A DNA stretch of 9,751 nucleotides from Octopus sinensis (lineage: Eukaryota). Position numbers and translations under genes: made by a program. Shown piece by piece: positions 8,134 through 9,751 of the stretch (position 1 is the stretch's first letter; each line of letters opens with the position of its first letter). The DNA lies in assembly GCF_006345805.1 (NCBI RefSeq), contig NW_021827782.1, forward strand, positions 1 to 9,751, in the 5' to 3' direction. The notes beneath the pieces are model-generated. The model searched no databases. It saw only the letters and a list, made by a program, of their open reading frames with translations, and was not told the DNA's origin.

Positions 8134-8345
8134 AAAGCGGCGAGCTGGCAGAAATGTTAGCACGCCGGGAGAAACGTTTAGTGGTATTTCATCTGTCTTT
8201 ATGTTCTGAGTTCGAATTCCGCCGAGGTTGACTTTGCTTTTCATCCTTTCGGGGTCGATAAATTAAATACCATTTACGTACTGGGTCGATCTAATCAAAT
8301 GACGCCTCCCCCAAAATTTCGGACCTTATGCCTAGATTAGAAAAG
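8134..8345 (+). mobile_element. tRNA-derived SINE, apparently full length, with target-site duplication
   Basis: A-box-like TGGCAGAAATG (8146-8156), B-box GTTCGAATTCC (8210-8220) and a central segment gactttgcttttcatcctttcggggtcgataaattaaatacc (~8229-8270) of the kind conserved across metazoan SINE superfamilies. Flanked by the direct repeats attatctcagcagcta (8118-8133) and attatttcagcagcta (8346-8361), 15/16 identical with a perfect 10-bp core. Confidence 0.9.
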
Positions 8346-9300
8346 ATTATTTCAGCAGCTAGTGTCAGATTTTCGCTGAGCTTTGTATTTTTCAACGCAG
8401 AACTTTGTATCTTCAGTCTGTCATTCTTGTGAAATCTTTGGCAAGCGTTACTAAATGACTGCACATACCTAATAACAACCGCAACTGCAGTGTCTATTAC
8501 GATCCGTCGAAGATCAAAGTGTGAACTTTTTTATCATGGTGCCAGTGCTTTACACGAGGGCATTGAATGATTTTTGCGACCTGCTGTTTGAGAACACACA
8601 CCTAAACACGAACAACTCATATTTTCTGCTTCGTATCATTGAAATTGTGAATGGTGACTTTCAATTGCTAATAGGCCTATGTGATCCTGTTTTGGAATCG
8701 CATCTTCTAATCGACTAACTTTTGCCCAGGTGTACATGTCCCTCATAACCACATCTTAACTAAATCTAATAGATAATTCTACAGCACATTATTTTGCTGA
8801 TGAGACTTATATCACTTATTGTTGATACCTGCACCTATTAATTCGTGATTATCGTTCTTTCCGTGCCGGGAATGGTGCGTTCATCTTCAGCTTGTTAGGC
8901 CCCTATCAATTGTGGGAAAATTTTTTTAAAGTTTACCTACAGTTCGCATATTTCAAATTTATGCATGAAACTATCCAAAACCATAGACGGAATACACTAT
9001 CATTATCATCTACGCAGTTTCGCGATGCATTTGCATCCCACTGGACGCCAACTTAAGCATAATCCCTTGCTTTGTTTTCGATGTCAGTCTAATTCCTTCA
9101 TATCGCTAATGATCAGAATGTTCCCTTTAATATCAAAAGATATCAGAAGAAATCTGGTCTTTTTAATAAGAAGAATATTTTGCAACGGGATCCGCACTCT
9201 GCGCATATTGAGTTGGCTTCAACGCATTTTAACACGTGAACGTTCTGCCACTGAAATCAACATGTACGCGACGGAACATAAACAACTAGGAGAACTACTA
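8346..9300 (-). mobile_element. Decayed L1/Tx1-clade LINE ORF2, AP-endonuclease C-terminal part and EN-RT linker (upstream of the SINE insertion)
   Basis: Minus-strand fragments in the expected order: RPDFF*YLLILKGTF*SLAI (9160-~9101, preceding the GDxN motif), KMNAPF (WKxNxSxL-like, ~8887-8870), AGINNK*Y, SIRFS...SRLEDAI, TL*SSTDRN, and LSENLTLAAEIMD, which joins MNCLYQKKSSGPDG across the SINE. Individually weak but collinear. The upper boundary is approximate. Confidence 0.62.
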
Positions 9301-9325
9301 AGTTTAGCTGGCTTGCCATTATCGG

Positions 9326-9478
9326 TATGTGTGTGTGCGCGTACGCACGCGAACGTGTGCGTATTTGCGTGAGTGCGTTTTGTATATTCATATATATACA
9401 CATATATATATTTATATTTAAATATATGTAATATATATATATATAGTATAAGTATATACATATATAGTATGTATATAT

Positions 9479-9510
<32 letters not shown>

Positions 9511-9544
9511 ATATTATATATAGGTATATGTATATATATACATA

Positions 9545-9582
<38 letters not shown>
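9326..9582 (+). repeat. (TG/CG)n then long degenerate (TA)n microsatellite
   Basis: Directly visible; abuts the tail of the minus-strand SINE. Confidence 0.94.
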
Positions 9583-9583
<1 letters not shown>

Positions 9584-9751
9584 CTCTTTACTCTCTTTAT
9601 TTTTACTGTTTCAGTCATTTGACTGCGGCCATGCTGGAGCACCGCCTTTAGTCGAGAAAACTGAATCCAGGACTTTTCTTGTAAGCCTAGTACTTATTCT
9701 ATCGGTCTCTTTTGCTGAACCGCTAATTTACGAGAACGTAAACACACCAGC
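9583..9751 (-). mobile_element. 3' portion of a SINE, cut by the window edge
   Basis: The minus strand reads ...ccgatagaataagtactaggcttacaagaaaagtcctgg...tcgactaaaggcggtgctccagcatggccgcagtcaaatgactgaaacagtaaaaataaagagagtaaaagagtaa. This is a central segment related to that of the 8134 SINE plus a purine-rich tandem tail. I recognise it as a very abundant octopus-type SINE end. The tRNA head lies outside the window. Confidence 0.78.

Noticed and set aside
8965-9372. 135-aa plus-strand ORF of normal-looking composition (also 8521-8718 and 7766-7978)
   Set aside because: These lie antisense to the L1/Tx1 ORF2 remnant and carry no recognisable motif; they are most likely shadow ORFs.
1-9751. Prokaryotic-type systems (CRISPR array, operon, defence island, IS element)
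   Set aside because: There are no repeat-spacer arrays, no gene-dense coding structure and no transposase with terminal inverted repeats. All recognisable elements are eukaryotic retroposons and simple repeats.

Overview
AT-rich, repeat-saturated eukaryotic non-coding DNA (intron or intergenic). The SINE families, the very long (TACA)n, (TA)n and (CA)n tracts and the mix of LINE clades resemble a coleoid cephalopod (Octopus-like) genome; this is inference from pattern recognition, not a database hit. I can support no intact protein-coding gene, tRNA, rRNA or CRISPR array. Nearly all ORFs in the supplied track are translated microsatellites or antisense or frameshifted pieces of dead retrotransposons. 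The window is a layered retroelement graveyard. (1) An old + strand RTE-clade LINE ORF (~585-1631) is split at a Tyr codon by a ~1.72 kb block and resumes at 3353. (2) That block holds a - strand RTE 3' end joined head-to-head to a + strand RLE-type (R4/Dong-like) 3' end, which runs into a ~930 bp (TACA)n array. (3) There is a probable CR1-type fragment (-). (4) A ~1.5 kb L1/Tx1-type ORF2 remnant (-, ~7595-9300) is interrupted by a tRNA-derived SINE with a target-site duplication. (5) Two further SINEs, two perfect 15-16 bp hairpins and a tandem G-quadruplex motif are present. I do not see a demonstrably new biological system. The best leads are a possibly (TACA)n-targeting R4/Dong-like element and the RTE/RLE back-to-back junction. 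All clade assignments come from hand translation compared with remembered family motifs and need HMM or Repbase/Dfam confirmation.
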